DNA of 32,000 nucleotides from Moraxella nasicaprae (GCF_025643275.1 NZ_CP089977.1:840001-872000); one strand, 5' to 3'. Counted from the stretch's first letter, positions 1-10,157 are shown. The notes: generated by a model not told the origin, from the sequence alone. Numbers and translations are program-made.

Positions 1-2
1 AA

Positions 3-122
3 TTCTTTGAACACTCAAAGCCATTGCCCTACTTATGTCTATATTTATTTATCGCTGGGCTGCTGTATGTCGCACCGCCCGTCAAAGATATTTTGCTTAG
101 CATGGGCAAATTCATCAAATAA
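3..122 (+). CDS. Possible 3' end of a + strand gene truncated by the window edge; hydrophobic C-terminus, product unknown
   Basis: The frame from nt 3 is open to TAA at 120-122 (..FFEHSKPLPYLCLYLFIAGLLYVAPPVKDILLSMGKFIK*). It is convergent with the next gene. It is too short to identify. Confidence 0.25.
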   Translation, partial: FFEHSKPLPYLCLYLFIAGLLYVAPPVKDILLSMGKFIK

Positions 123-124
123 TC

Positions 125-568
125 TTAACCAAATGCCAATCCTGTCGCCACAAATGCCAGCGACCACAGACAAATCAAGATGATATGAACATACATGATT
201 ATCAAGGTGTTTGGCGTATGGTTGCCATTGATTAGTTTTTTGACCACAAAAAATCTGGCGTGCAATGCCGTGATGAGCGTCAATAATAACCAAAATAGCT
301 TGGCAAGCACCAAATGTCCAAGCACACCCGCCCTACCATCAATGAGCATCGACCAATCGGGCAAATAGCGATGCACCATGTATAACCCTGTCACAACCTG
401 TATGGCAAGTGCAGTCATGCCAAGCGGTTCATAGCTTTGTTCAAATGCCAAAAATGCTTTGACATCGCCAGTCTTTAAGATGGGTGGCATCACTCGAATC
501 AATAGATACAAATGACCACCCACCCAAATGCTTGCTCCAATCAGATGCAAAAATAAGACCATCATCAT
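125..568 (-). CDS. CopD-family-like integral membrane protein (about 4 TM helices)
   Basis: 147-aa ORF. It is hydrophobic throughout, and the N-terminal LHLIGASIWVGGHLYLL motif is typical of CopD-like domains. Its start overlaps the upstream stop as ATGA at 565-568, suggesting translational coupling. Confidence 0.5.
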   Translation of the reverse strand: MMMVLFLHLIGASIWVGGHLYLLIRVMPPILKTGDVKAFLAFEQSYEPLGMTALAIQVVTGLYMVHRYLPDWSMLIDGRAGVLGHLVLAKLFWLLLTLITALHARFFVVKKLINGNHTPNTLIIMYVHIILICLWSLAFVATGLAFG

Positions 569-1452
569 CGTCTGCGACCTGCTCGAAATACGCTGGCATC
601 TTGATAAAATTCATCATCTTGATTTGCCCAAAAATAAGGAATGCCTAGCACGGGTAACGGCTGCAAATCTCTTGGCGTGGCATCATCACGACCAAGCCAA
701 TCATCAAGTTGCTGTGCCAAAAGTTGGTCTAGATACGCCAGTTTTTCGTCCATCGTCCAGCCAAAAAATTCTGCTTGAACAGGCACTACTAATGTATGCC
801 CACAGAGATTTTTGCGAGGATTGATTAGCTGTTCTAATAAAGCGTGTCCAAACAAAAAACTCTGGGCATGCGTTTGATGATTTGGCTGGTCAGGATTGTG
901 CCAATATTGTCTTGGAGTAACCAAACTGTGCTGCCAATCAAAATGGCATAGACGACTGGCGATTTGCTGTCCAATCTGCTCGGTCGATACCGCAAGCACA
1001 ATGCCATTTTCATCGAACACCGTGATGGCATCTCGCACTCGATTGCGTTTATTTTGTGTGTCATCTACAAAAATATGTCGCAAATGATGCTTGTTCAAGA
1101 TTGCTTTTGCACGCCCAAACACCGACCAAACACACGCCCCAAACCAATCATGCAGATTGTCTCTGGTGGGAATTTTGTGAAAATCACCAATAAACTGCTC
1201 ATAAGCTGTGCCGTGTGGCAAATCATTTTGATGAGAAAATATGAGTGGTTTGTCCTGATAATTATTTAGGATAATTTTATTATCTGCAAAATAATCGTTC
1301 AGCCATGCATGAAGTGGCACATTCCCACCATTTACAAATGCCTGATGAATGAGCAAATAAGGCGATAACCAAAGTTTGGTTTGGTCAATGGTGTGAAAAT
1401 CGTCAAAAAAAGTATGCATAAGTAAGCTAAAATGAAAATTAGCATAGCACAT
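565..1452 (-). CDS. Conserved hypothetical protein, DUF3025-like
   Basis: 295-aa ORF. The FGHALLEQL motif and the C-terminal PVLGIPYFW..FYQD..VFR motif resemble my recollection of DUF3025 proteins. This was not checked by a search. Confidence 0.4.
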   Translation of the reverse strand: MCYANFHFSLLMHTFFDDFHTIDQTKLWLSPYLLIHQAFVNGGNVPLHAWLNDYFADNKIILNNYQDKPLIFSHQNDLPHGTAYEQFIGDFHKIPTRDNLHDWFGACVWSVFGRAKAILNKHHLRHIFVDDTQNKRNRVRDAITVFDENGIVLAVSTEQIGQQIASRLCHFDWQHSLVTPRQYWHNPDQPNHQTHAQSFLFGHALLEQLINPRKNLCGHTLVVPVQAEFFGWTMDEKLAYLDQLLAQQLDDWLGRDDATPRDLQPLPVLGIPYFWANQDDEFYQDASVFRAGRRR

Positions 1453-1476
1453 TTTGGTAGGTTTGAGAAGTCAATA

Positions 1477-1502
1477 AAAGCTCCCCAGTTGGGGAGTTTT
1501 TA
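1477..1502 (-). terminator. Rho-independent terminator downstream of the TonB-dependent receptor gene (bidirectional shape)
   Basis: ctcccc (1481-1486) pairs with ggggag (1491-1496) around a 4-nt loop. An A-run precedes and a T-run follows. It lies directly 3' of the receptor stop at 1504. Confidence 0.7.
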
Positions 1503-1503
1503 C

Positions 1504-3990
1504 CTAAAATTTAAAGGTCAATTCTGCCAAATATTGTCGTCCGATTTCAGATTCTAGTGACGAGCCGTTTAGGTATTTGTTTTGGCGGTTTAGGACATTA
1601 TTGACCGTTACGCCCAAGATGGTTTGGTAGCGGTTGCCAAACGCATATTGGGCTTTTGCGTCCCATTCTAACGCACCCCCAATGTGCGTGGGGTTGTAGG
1701 CGGTGCGTACCAGTTCACCGTCATGATAAAACTGTTCGGCAGTAGGCAAACGACTGCCAACAGTAGCTTGATAATCAGTGCGATATCGCAGGGTATTGGT
1801 GAGTGTAAGCGGAATTTTGTGAAATTGGCTATTAATTCCTAGTCGATAGGTTCTAGGCTGGTTGTAGTTGTCAGCAGGTCTGTCCACATTGGCGATGACT
1901 TGACCATTATATAGGACGTATTTGTCTTCGTTGAGTGTGCTGTCGTCATAATCGTTAAAATTGCGATAAACATCGCTGACATCTGCACCAAAATACAACT
2001 GGTGATTTGCCCCTGCAAAGTCAAGCGGTTTTAGGGTGTTTAGAGTTAGACTATAATTTTTGGCATGACTTTGCCCCAGATTGTCATAGGACCACACAAG
2101 AGGTGAGAGGCTGACTCGGTAACGGCGAATCTGGTCTTTGTAGTCTCGTTCTACATATTTAAGCTGCCAAGCAGTATTATAAGCCTTACCAAACAATGTC
2201 AACACCTTTTCATCTGCATAAGGTGTGGCAAGAGTGTTGCGACTGGTATTGGTTGCCAATAAATTACCTGAGGTTACCCAGTCACTGTTGATATTGGTGC
2301 GAGTTTGTGTCCAGCCAAGTTTATTGATGCCGTCTTGTAAAGCAGTATTAAAAGCATTGCGTCCATAATAGCGGTTGTAGCCGACATCAATCGCCAGTTT
2401 GTCATTGGCAAATGGATAATAAGTTGCATTTAGGCGTGGGGAAAGCGTATCATCACGGCTTAGATTATCTTTGTCAAAACGCACACCAAGATTGGCTTTT
2501 AGATAGTCGCCAAAACTTAGATGGTTTTCAAGATAAGCCGACCAACTTGTTTGATTGACGTCAATTTTACCTGCTTGATTGTAAGTGCGGCGAACATGAA
2601 ACTGTCCGACAGTTTTGCCGTTTCGTTCATATGTAGGGTCGCAATAAGGGTCAGTTGTACCGTCTGTACGCACACAGTTTGTACCATCGCCCCCAGTAGC
2701 GTTAGGAGCAAAATATTGATAAAAATCATGAGGGCGATACCAATTGGCAGTTTGTTTGCTTAGATTCGCCCCCAGTGTTGCTTGATAACCAAACCAGCCT
2801 TTTTGGTAGGGATTGAAGACAGATTTGACATGATATTCTAGGGTTTTGCCATGATGTTCCAAAGGGGAGCCTGCTGTCCCATCTGTTACCACACCTGCAA
2901 CTCCCCAATTTTTGGCAGGTGATGACCGCCAAGGAACAGATTGGTTGGCATCGGTGGTGCGAGCTTGCTCTTTTTGGCTGTATGTTAGCCCGTGGGTCAA
3001 AACAGCGTTTTGCAACGCATGTTTAAAGGATAAATCAAAAGCATTCACTTGGGTGTTGATGTCCATGCGACTGCCCAAAACATTGTTTTGGTAGTACTCT
3101 CCGCCTGTGGTAGCATGGTTTAGATTTAATTTAACTTGGTTATCATCATCAATATCATAATACAATCCAAACATGACATTATCAGCTTGGCGTGTTTGGT
3201 TATAAGGGCGTGCGTCTGCTAGGCGAGATTTTAAATAAATATCCGACCAGCGATGAGATGCAGATAATTGCACACCAAGATTTTTGGTGGGATTGCCGTG
3301 CAGGGTTAAAGACACACCTTGTTTTTTGAATTCTTTTTGGTAATTGACATTGGTGCTGTCTTCAAAATTATCAATTTCAGATTGCGATACAGGATTAAAT
3401 TTTGCCCAATCACTACTGGTATAATCATAGCTAACACTTCCATGAATTTTACCAACATCACTGGTGGGGCGACAGGTATTTGCTTTAACCACCCCACCAA
3501 CAAAACTACCGTATTGAGCAGAGATATTACTATCCAAGACTTCTAGGCTGCACAATAAGTCTGTGTTGATTGTGATGTCTTGGGCGGTGGCAGGCAAAGA
3601 ATCAGTAGCAGATGGATTATCTCCATTACCCGCAGGATTAATGGTATTAGCGATATTAATGTTGTCTAGTAGGATTTTGTTATCATAAAACAATGCTCCA
3701 TTAATGCTAAAATCCCCTGCTGATAGCTCGCCTTGCTTACCTGCACGGCGATGAGCTTTGTCAAATTGAATGTTGGGGTGTTGTTTTAGAATGTCGCTGA
3801 CAGTTTTATTGATGGTGGGGGCATTAGCAAGCTGTTGTTGAGTTTGGACGGTCTTGCCTGTTGTTCGTTCTAATGTGATGAACATTGGGTCAAGCTCAAC
3901 ATAAGGCAGTTCATCAGCATAAGCAGACGCACTGATAATCATCATTGATATGATAAGGAGAGTAGGTTTAGTAGTCATGGCTTTTCTCAT
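1504..3990 (-). CDS. TonB-dependent outer-membrane receptor
   Basis: 828-aa ORF with an N-terminal signal peptide (..ISASAYA/DE) and a plug-like N-terminal region. The body is long and rich in beta-strands with many Tyr, Asn and Gly residues, and the C-terminus ends in an aromatic residue (..AELTFKF). An alternative start is Met5 at 3978. Confidence 0.85.
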   Translation of the reverse strand: MRKAMTTKPTLLIISMMIISASAYADELPYVELDPMFITLERTTGKTVQTQQQLANAPTINKTVSDILKQHPNIQFDKAHRRAGKQGELSAGDFSINGALFYDNKILLDNINIANTINPAGNGDNPSATDSLPATAQDITINTDLLCSLEVLDSNISAQYGSFVGGVVKANTCRPTSDVGKIHGSVSYDYTSSDWAKFNPVSQSEIDNFEDSTNVNYQKEFKKQGVSLTLHGNPTKNLGVQLSASHRWSDIYLKSRLADARPYNQTRQADNVMFGLYYDIDDDNQVKLNLNHATTGGEYYQNNVLGSRMDINTQVNAFDLSFKHALQNAVLTHGLTYSQKEQARTTDANQSVPWRSSPAKNWGVAGVVTDGTAGSPLEHHGKTLEYHVKSVFNPYQKGWFGYQATLGANLSKQTANWYRPHDFYQYFAPNATGGDGTNCVRTDGTTDPYCDPTYERNGKTVGQFHVRRTYNQAGKIDVNQTSWSAYLENHLSFGDYLKANLGVRFDKDNLSRDDTLSPRLNATYYPFANDKLAIDVGYNRYYGRNAFNTALQDGINKLGWTQTRTNINSDWVTSGNLLATNTSRNTLATPYADEKVLTLFGKAYNTAWQLKYVERDYKDQIRRYRVSLSPLVWSYDNLGQSHAKNYSLTLNTLKPLDFAGANHQLYFGADVSDVYRNFNDYDDSTLNEDKYVLYNGQVIANVDRPADNYNQPRTYRLGINSQFHKIPLTLTNTLRYRTDYQATVGSRLPTAEQFYHDGELVRTAYNPTHIGGALEWDAKAQYAFGNRYQTILGVTVNNVLNRQNKYLNGSSLESEIGRQYLAELTFKF

Positions 3991-4009
3991 TAATCATAAT
4001 ATTAATAAT

Positions 4010-4028
4010 AATAATAATTATCATTAAT
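4010..4028. promoter_or_regulatory. Fur-box-like site upstream of the TonB-dependent receptor gene
   Basis: aataataattatcattaat matches 14 of 19 positions of the Fur consensus GATAATGATAATCATTATC. The surrounding intergenic region is extremely AT-rich, so a chance match is possible. Confidence 0.35.
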
Positions 4029-4086
4029 TTAAATAAAAATGTCAATGGTAACATTTATTAATAAAAATTTACATTGTAACACAATG

Positions 4087-5175
4087 TTAAAGAGTCATTA
4101 AAAATGCTGTTAGAGCATCCATTTCGTCAGTGCTTAGCCCTAGTGGTTTGATGAGTGGGTCTAGGTGGTCTTCATGGGCAATAGGTGGAGCATCTTTGGT
4201 GGGTGATAAGGGCATGCCACGATTATAAATTGCCACTACGCCTCGCAGATTAATAAATAGTCCATGATGAAACCAAGGTTTAGAAACAGATAGATTGCGT
4301 AGCGATGGGGTTTTAAATTTACCAAAATCGCTTGGATTGTTCGTATTGGCATATCTGCCAAAATCTTGCCATTTGCGACCTGATAGGGTTTGATTGAGAT
4401 TGTGAAATTGGTTGTCAGTCAAGGCTTGCCCAAAATGACAATTCATGCAGCGAGCTTTGGTGCGAAACAAATGCAGACCTAAAATCTCAGTGTCGGTCAA
4501 GGCGGTGGGGTCGCCATTTAAAAAATCATCAAAGCGTGTAGGATTGGGTGCAAGCGTTTGGAGATAAGCAGTCAAGGCTTGGGCAACTTGACTGATGTCA
4601 ATGTCGGTCAGACGCTCACCAAAAACCATCTGAAATTTTGGCAAATAGCCTGCACTCACCAAGCGTGTCGGTACGCTATCAAGGGTAATGTCCATTTCAT
4701 TGTGGTCGGTCAATGGCATAAGCACTTGCTCATCTAGTGTGCTTGCTCGCCCGTCCCAAAAAAATCCATTGGGTACAGGTGCATCAAGCCCCAGATGCAG
4801 TAAAGATTGAGCATTGCGTTTACCTTGCCTACCAAAGACACCAAGCGACACTGTGCGTGGGTCAGCAAAGGCGTGGGCTGGGTCATGGCAACTGACACAG
4901 GCGATTGTCTGATCTGATGAAAGTGCTTTTTCAAAAAATAAGGCTTGACCCAGTTTGACAAGCAAGGTGGGAGGCGTTGGATTGCGAGTGATGGGAGCAA
5001 GCTCAGTCCAATTTACACCTTCATCAATGGTGGGGGCGTGCCATTGGGCAGTTGGTTTAGTATAATGTGTGCGTAAGCAGGCGATGTCATACGCATGGTT
5101 ATCCTGACAGACGGCAAATGCCCATTGGCTAACAAATAATAAAAAACACAACAAATATCTATAATGACAAAACAT
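4087..5175 (-). CDS. Di-haem cytochrome c peroxidase (CCP/MauG family), periplasmic
   Basis: There are two CxxCH haem motifs (CVSCH, CMNCH) with CCP-like context (FFWDGR, KTPSLRN). I moved the start to Met24 of the tracked ORF (ATG at 5175). An AAGGA Shine-Dalgarno (SD) sequence lies 6 nt upstream, and this start gives a signal peptide (..SQWAFA/VC). Confidence 0.85.
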   Translation of the reverse strand: MFCHYRYLLCFLLFVSQWAFAVCQDNHAYDIACLRTHYTKPTAQWHAPTIDEGVNWTELAPITRNPTPPTLLVKLGQALFFEKALSSDQTIACVSCHDPAHAFADPRTVSLGVFGRQGKRNAQSLLHLGLDAPVPNGFFWDGRASTLDEQVLMPLTDHNEMDITLDSVPTRLVSAGYLPKFQMVFGERLTDIDISQVAQALTAYLQTLAPNPTRFDDFLNGDPTALTDTEILGLHLFRTKARCMNCHFGQALTDNQFHNLNQTLSGRKWQDFGRYANTNNPSDFGKFKTPSLRNLSVSKPWFHHGLFINLRGVVAIYNRGMPLSPTKDAPPIAHEDHLDPLIKPLGLSTDEMDALTAFLMTL

Positions 5176-5229
5176 AACAATCCTTGCAGTAACAAAGATT
5201 TGCCTAGCATAAAACAAAAATACCAAATA

Positions 5230-5248
5230 GTAAATGATAATCAATCGC
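5230..5248. promoter_or_regulatory. Fur-box-like site upstream of the cytochrome c peroxidase gene
   Basis: gtaaatgataatcaatcgc matches 14 of 19 positions of the Fur consensus, with a contiguous AATGATAATCA core. It lies 55-73 nt upstream of the revised start at 5175. Confidence 0.45.
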
Positions 5249-5459
5249 TATTCACCAAATTAAACCATTGGCTGTAATACATAAATTCATGATTTTTGTA
5301 TTGTTAATACACTTTCATCATGGCTTAGAGGTGATTTTTGATGGATTTTTTGGTATTAAAATTCTTGATATGGATGCCAGCAACCAAAATTTTTGTAATT
5401 CTTGGTTGCATTTTTCCAATCTATATGTTGTCTTGATGATTTGTTGTTTTGTTTTCTTA

Positions 5460-6344
5460 TCAAATACTCGCCCCAACCGCTCTGGCTTTTGCCAAACCCT
5501 CCTCAATCGTCAGATAGGTTTTTTTGCTTGGTGTATCGGCAAACACCACGCCACCATCTTGAAAAATCAGACATTCGTCCACGGCAAGCTGTTGCCATTT
5601 TTCATTTTTTGTCAAAGGAATGGTGGTCAAAATCGTCACCCTATCCTTATCTGTGGTGACATCGCCAAAGTTCACGCTCATCTCGCCATCTGATAATCTA
5701 GCCTCGCCAAAAGGTGCTTGACGAGTTAAATAAAACAGCAGACTACCAGCATAAGCCAATTGCCAATTGCCATTGGAAATGAGGCAATTAAATAAACCAT
5801 TGGCGGATAAATAACGGCATTGGGCAGTCAAAAAAGCAAATAAGGCTTCATCAGATGGGCGAGATTTAAAAGTGGCTTTAAGACGATTTAATAAATAACA
5901 AAACGCAAGCTCGCTATCGGTCGTTCCCACAGGCGAATAATGCTCGGCATTGCCGTTGTTCATCAGTCGTGTTGTGCGAGCGATAAAGCTGTCTGTCATC
6001 TGCCCATTGTGAGCAAATGCCCATTGTTCGCCCCACACTTCACGCACAAAAGGGTGCGTGTTGGCAAGACAATTAACGCCTGTGGTTGCCTTTCTGATGT
6101 GGGCGATGACATTCATGGCTTTGATGGGATAGCTGTTTACCAAATCCGCCACAGGCGAGATATGGCAAGGCTTATCATCATGAAACTGACGAAGTCCTAG
6201 CGTGTCGCAATCACTTTTTTCAAAAAAGGCGATGCCAAAGCCGTCCTCGTGGTGGTCGGTCAAGCCCCCACGCTGGCGAAAGCCTGTAAAGCTAAATCCG
6301 ATATCGGTTGGGGTATTGCAGTTCATTCCAAGTAGTTGGCACAT
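5460..6344 (-). CDS. Class II (Ntn-type) glutamine amidotransferase, YafJ-like
   Basis: The N-terminus MCQLLGMNCNTPTDIGFSFTGFRQRGG matches the YafJ/GATase_4 type, which needs Cys2 as the nucleophile. The start is therefore set at the internal ATG at 6344 rather than 6398. Confidence 0.8.
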   Translation of the reverse strand: MCQLLGMNCNTPTDIGFSFTGFRQRGGLTDHHEDGFGIAFFEKSDCDTLGLRQFHDDKPCHISPVADLVNSYPIKAMNVIAHIRKATTGVNCLANTHPFVREVWGEQWAFAHNGQMTDSFIARTTRLMNNGNAEHYSPVGTTDSELAFCYLLNRLKATFKSRPSDEALFAFLTAQCRYLSANGLFNCLISNGNWQLAYAGSLLFYLTRQAPFGEARLSDGEMSVNFGDVTTDKDRVTILTTIPLTKNEKWQQLAVDECLIFQDGGVVFADTPSKKTYLTIEEGLAKARAVGASI

Positions 6345-6506
6345 TGTTTTACTCTTTTTGTGTAATGTTGCTTGGCAAATAATCGTGGCTATATTCAAAT
6401 CTATACCAATACACCCCCAGACCCTGACTTACTCCCTTGGGAATAAAATTCAGACTGGGGCTGTCTTTTGTGTGTTTAGCATGGTCAATGATAATAAGAT
6501 AATTTT

Positions 6507-6953
6507 TTAATCAATTACCTTTCTATACAATATCACTTCTGGTGTATCAGCAAATTTATTATAGACACGCTGAGCATCGTGATTATCTTTATCCGTTACC
6601 CAATAAACCCTATGCCACCCATTGTCTTTGGCTAAACAATAAATTTGCTCAATAGCAAAGCTGGCAACACCTTGCCGCCTTACATGATGTGCCACAAACA
6701 AATCTTCCAAATAACATACTGGTAAAGTATGCCATGTATTTGGGTGAATGACACAATGAGCAAAGGCGATTAGCTCATTATCTTGAAAAACACCAAATCC
6801 ATGAATGTCTTTGGTTAATATTCTTTGCCATAATGTTTGAGTAACCACATCATCAACATCGGCTTTATAAAATTCCAAATAATCTTGCCATAAAGATAGC
6901 CATTTTTGTTGATGATGAGCAGTTAGATAGGTGAAGACAAGCTGACCTGCCAT
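6507..6953 (-). CDS. GNAT-family N-acetyltransferase
   Basis: It has an acetyl-CoA-binding-like segment (VAHHVRRQGVASFAI) in an ORF of about 150 aa. The start could be 6971 or 6953. The 6953 start abuts the thrB stop at 6955-6957. Confidence 0.7.
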   Translation of the reverse strand: MAGQLVFTYLTAHHQQKWLSLWQDYLEFYKADVDDVVTQTLWQRILTKDIHGFGVFQDNELIAFAHCVIHPNTWHTLPVCYLEDLFVAHHVRRQGVASFAIEQIYCLAKDNGWHRVYWVTDKDNHDAQRVYNKFADTPEVILYRKVID

Positions 6954-6954
6954 A

Positions 6955-7962
6955 TCACACGCTCTCCCCATGACGATTTTTCCAATGATAACTCGCCAGC
7001 CGTTTCATCAAATCAGGATTTTTGACCATAATATCATCGCCTGTGCGTCCTTGTTCACGATTGTAATAAATGACATTGAGGCGAAGTAGCCAAAAAATCG
7101 TCGCCGCATAAGCCAGCATGATTGGCAAAGCATCTTGCTCATCAGCCGTCAAAGGACGCACACTTTGATAGCCTGCGATAAGAGCGGTTTTTTTCTTTTC
7201 GTCAAAATAGACACTCTCGCCATCACTAGCATTACCCCAAGTGGTGCAAAAATCATTGATGGTGATGGCAATATCCATCAAATAATGCTCCACCGACACT
7301 TCGGTAAAGTCAAGCAGTCCAGTCAGACGGGCTGCGTCCAAATCCCATAGCGTATTATCAGCAAATAAATCCAAATGACACAGTCCCTTTGGTAAATCTT
7401 TGGGCAAATGCTCGTACGCCGCCCAGATGTCATTCATTAGCCTAGCTTCGTCGATTGGCATGAATGCCGTCTCACGCTCCTTGACTCTCGCCCAGTCGTA
7501 TAATGGCACACCATAATCTTCGGCAGGTTGTAGTGTTTTTAGGGTGTCGTGCAAGGTTGCCAACGCACGCCCCATTTGTTCGCACATCGCCTCATCAGTG
7601 ATGGCAGGGTGCTTGCCTGACAATTTTGGCACGACCAAAATCGCCTTATTTTCATATCGCATCACACAATCTGCCCCAATATTCACACCTTTGGCGGTGC
7701 GTTTGACCAGCGGTGCTGCGATGGGCAGCTTGTCTTTTAGGGCGTGCATGATGGTTGCCATTTTTTCAATATCGGCTGGCACTCGCTCCTCATAGAGGGT
7801 AAAGACATAGCTAAAATCATCATCTGCGTCTGTTGTCGTCTGAATGAACCAGTTAGAATTTTTGACCCCTTGCACAATAGGAATGGCATTCTTAAAATTC
7901 ACGCCATACAAACCACAAAATGCAAAAAATTCATCATCAGATAAGTGGGTATAAACAGACAT
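6955..7962 (-). CDS. thrB: Homoserine kinase, APH/phosphotransferase type (Pseudomonas-type ThrB)
   Basis: 335-aa ORF. The N-terminus MSVYTHLSDDEFFAFCGLYGV and the catalytic-loop motif HLDLFADN are typical of type II homoserine kinases. Confidence 0.8.
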   Translation of the reverse strand: MSVYTHLSDDEFFAFCGLYGVNFKNAIPIVQGVKNSNWFIQTTTDADDDFSYVFTLYEERVPADIEKMATIMHALKDKLPIAAPLVKRTAKGVNIGADCVMRYENKAILVVPKLSGKHPAITDEAMCEQMGRALATLHDTLKTLQPAEDYGVPLYDWARVKERETAFMPIDEARLMNDIWAAYEHLPKDLPKGLCHLDLFADNTLWDLDAARLTGLLDFTEVSVEHYLMDIAITINDFCTTWGNASDGESVYFDEKKKTALIAGYQSVRPLTADEQDALPIMLAYAATIFWLLRLNVIYYNREQGRTGDDIMVKNPDLMKRLASYHWKNRHGESV

Positions 7963-8094
7963 ATAAAATTCCTAAAATCCAAGCAATAATTGCTGTTATT
8001 TTAATGATTTTTTGTTAAAATTTCCAAAATATTTTTGCATATCTATTTGAACGATGAGCATAACCATCATCGTGATTAGCCAAAGGAAACTGTC

Positions 8095-8865
8095 ATGCTA
8101 GCCAAACGCCTAATCCCTTGCCTTGATGTTGAAAATGGACGAGTCGTCAAGGGGGTCAATTTTGTGGACATCAAAGACGCTGGCGACCCTGTGGAAATTT
8201 CCAAACGCTACAACGACCAAGGGGCGGACGAGATTACTTTTTTGGACATCACCGCCACCTCAGACGGTCGAGACACCACTTATCATACTGTCGAATCCAT
8301 CGCCAAATCGATTTTTATCCCGCTAACCGTGGGTGGTGGTGTGCGAAAAATTGATGACATTCGAAATCTGCTGAGTGCAGGGGCGGACAAGGTGGGCATC
8401 AACTCTGCCGCCATCACCAATCCTGACCTAGTCAGTGATGCCGCCGCTCGTTTTGGCAATCAATGTATCGTCGTCTCCATCGATGCCAAAAGAGTCATCA
8501 AAGCAGATGGTACGATTGGTTTTGAGATTTTTACACATGGCGGTCGTAAAGCAACTGGCATTGATGCAATAGACTGGGCGAAACAAATGACCGACAGAGG
8601 GGCTGGCGAACTCTTGGTTACCAGCATGGACGGCGATGGCACTCGGGCAGGCTATGATTTGTTACTGACTCGCACCATCTCGGAGATGGTTAATATCCCC
8701 GTCATCGCCTCAGGCGGTGTGGGCAATTTGCAGCATTTGGCAGACGGTATCCTAAAAGGCGGTGCTGATGCAGTGCTGGCAGCCAGCATCTTTCACTTTG
8801 GCGACTATACCATCAGGCAAGCCAAAGAATACATGGCAAGCCAACATATCCCTGTTCGACTGTGA
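8095..8865 (+). CDS. hisF: Imidazole glycerol phosphate synthase, cyclase subunit
   Basis: [32 protein letters not shown] and SGG.G motifs in a 256-aa protein. Confidence 0.95.
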   Translation: MLAKRLIPCLDVENGRVVKGVNFVDIKDAGDPVEISKRYNDQGADEITFLDITATSDGRDTTYHTVESIAKSIFIPLTVGGGVRKIDDIRNLLSAGADKVGINSAAITNPDLVSDAAARFGNQCIVVSIDAKRVIKADGTIGFEIFTHGGRKATGIDAIDWAKQMTDRGAGELLVTSMDGDGTRAGYDLLLTRTISEMVNIPVIASGGVGNLQHLADGILKGGADAVLAASIFHFGDYTIRQAKEYMASQHIPVRL

Positions 8866-8948
8866 AGTAGATTTGGGACAAAACAGCCCCAACTTGTGCT
8901 ATAATGCTGGGGAAAATTTTCATACATCATCATTTACAAGGCAATTTT

Positions 8949-9443
8949 ATGACAGTATTCACCTCCCAAAAAGCTGCCGTTACTCACATTGACGGTGCAT
9001 TACACAACAATCAAAACCTACGCATCGGCATCGCTGTTGGGCGTTTTAATGGCTTTTTGGTTGAAAGTTTGGTTGAAGGAGCGTTAGACGCTCTACTTCG
9101 TCACGGTGTCCTTGGCGAAAACATCACGGTCGTGCGTGTACCAGGGGCATTTGAGTTGCCTTTGACTGCCAAGCGTATGGCAACTTCTGGCAAATTTGAT
9201 GCCATTGTGGTGCTTGGGGCAATCATTCGTGGGGCGACACCGCATTTTGACATCGTGGCAAGTGAGAGTGCCAAAGGTCTCTCCAAAGTCGCCTTAGACC
9301 ATGGCATTCCTGTCATCAATGGCATCTTGACCACCGAAAACATTGAGCAGACCATCGAACGAGCAGGCACAAAGGCTGGCAACAAAGGCTATGAAGCTGC
9401 CATGACCGCCATTGAAATGGTTAGCGTTCTACAAGACATTTGA
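8949..9443 (+). CDS. ribH: 6,7-dimethyl-8-ribityllumazine synthase
   Basis: [27 protein letters not shown] and [12 protein letters not shown] motifs. The start is set at ATG 8949 (MTVF..), inside the longer tracked ORF. Confidence 0.9.
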   Translation: MTVFTSQKAAVTHIDGALHNNQNLRIGIAVGRFNGFLVESLVEGALDALLRHGVLGENITVVRVPGAFELPLTAKRMATSGKFDAIVVLGAIIRGATPHFDIVASESAKGLSKVALDHGIPVINGILTTENIEQTIERAGTKAGNKGYEAAMTAIEMVSVLQDI

Positions 9444-9463
9444 CACAATACTGTCAGCACTTA

Positions 9464-9503
9464 GGCAGGTGCTTGATGATTATAAAGCTCCTGCCAATTT
9501 TTT
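9464..9503 (+). terminator. Intrinsic terminator or attenuator hairpin between ribH and nusB
   Basis: ggcaggtgctt (9464-9474) pairs with aagctcctgcc (9485-9495) at 10 of 11 positions, followed by aatttttt. Confidence 0.5.
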
Positions 9504-9548
9504 CCATTAAAAGATGATTTTAATGCAGCACTATTTATAAGGTAAATT

Positions 9549-10094
9549 ATGACCAACATCACGCCCGACAACGACCAATTTGACATCAACGAAACAGGCT
9601 ATAAGACCACCCACACTGCTGTTCGCAAAGCTCGCCGTTTTGCCCTACAAGGTCTATATGAGTGGCTTTTGACCGACCATCGTTTTGCCAAAATCGACCG
9701 CCATCTGATGGGTGGTAACGAACCGCACACCATCGCTGCTCGCACTCGTGCAGATAATGCCATGCATACGGTACATCTAGGCTATTATCACGAAATGATG
9801 CGTCGCATTCCCGAAAAAGCTGATGAATTGGTGATGGAGTTGGCACAACACATCGACCGTAGTTTTGACCGTCTAGACCCCATCGAAAAAGCGGTACTAC
9901 TTATCGGTGCTTATGAACTCAAATACAGTCTGCATATCCCTTACAAAGTGGTGCTTGATGAAGCGATGCAACTAAACACTCACTTTGGGGCAACCGATGC
10001 CCATAAGTTCATCAATGCGGTGTTGGACAGATATGCCAAGCAGACACGAGAGCTTGAATATCAAGCCAACAAAGCTCAAAAATCTACAAAATAA
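9549..10094 (+). CDS. nusB: Transcription antitermination factor NusB (long-N-terminus form)
   Basis: The [14 protein letters not shown] and FINAVLD motifs are present, and the gene sits directly after ribH. Confidence 0.9.
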   Translation: MTNITPDNDQFDINETGYKTTHTAVRKARRFALQGLYEWLLTDHRFAKIDRHLMGGNEPHTIAARTRADNAMHTVHLGYYHEMMRRIPEKADELVMELAQHIDRSFDRLDPIEKAVLLIGAYELKYSLHIPYKVVLDEAMQLNTHFGATDAHKFINAVLDRYAKQTRELEYQANKAQKSTK

Positions 10095-10110
10095 GAACTG
10101 ACAATAAACC

Positions 10111-10141
10111 AAAATACGCTATTGCAAAATGGCGTATTTTT
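10111..10141 (+). terminator. Candidate rho-independent terminator after nusB
   Basis: aaaatacgc (10111-10119) pairs with gcgtatttt (10132-10140) around a 12-nt loop, and a T-run follows. Confidence 0.5.
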
Positions 10142-10157
10142 CTATAAAAGAGGCTAA

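Noticed and set aside
45-293. 82-aa minus-strand ORF overlapping the CopD-like gene in another frame
   Set aside because: It lies almost entirely inside a better-supported membrane protein gene, has no recognisable motif and has no ribosome-binding site. It is probably a chance ORF.
1839-3546. Several 60-80-aa ORFs on both strands inside the TonB-dependent receptor gene
   Set aside because: They are all nested within an 828-aa ORF with clear receptor features. Their low-complexity translations are typical of chance frames.
4004-4018. (AAT)5 trinucleotide run in the receptor promoter region as a possible phase-variation tract
   Set aside because: Five units is short for slipped-strand switching, and the whole spacer is AT-rich low-complexity sequence. 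It is mentioned only as context for the Fur-box call.
5176-5244. N-terminal 23-aa extension of the cytochrome c peroxidase ORF
   Set aside because: The extension contains the Fur-box-like site and has no SD sequence. The internal ATG at 5175 has an AAGGA SD sequence and yields a proper signal peptide.
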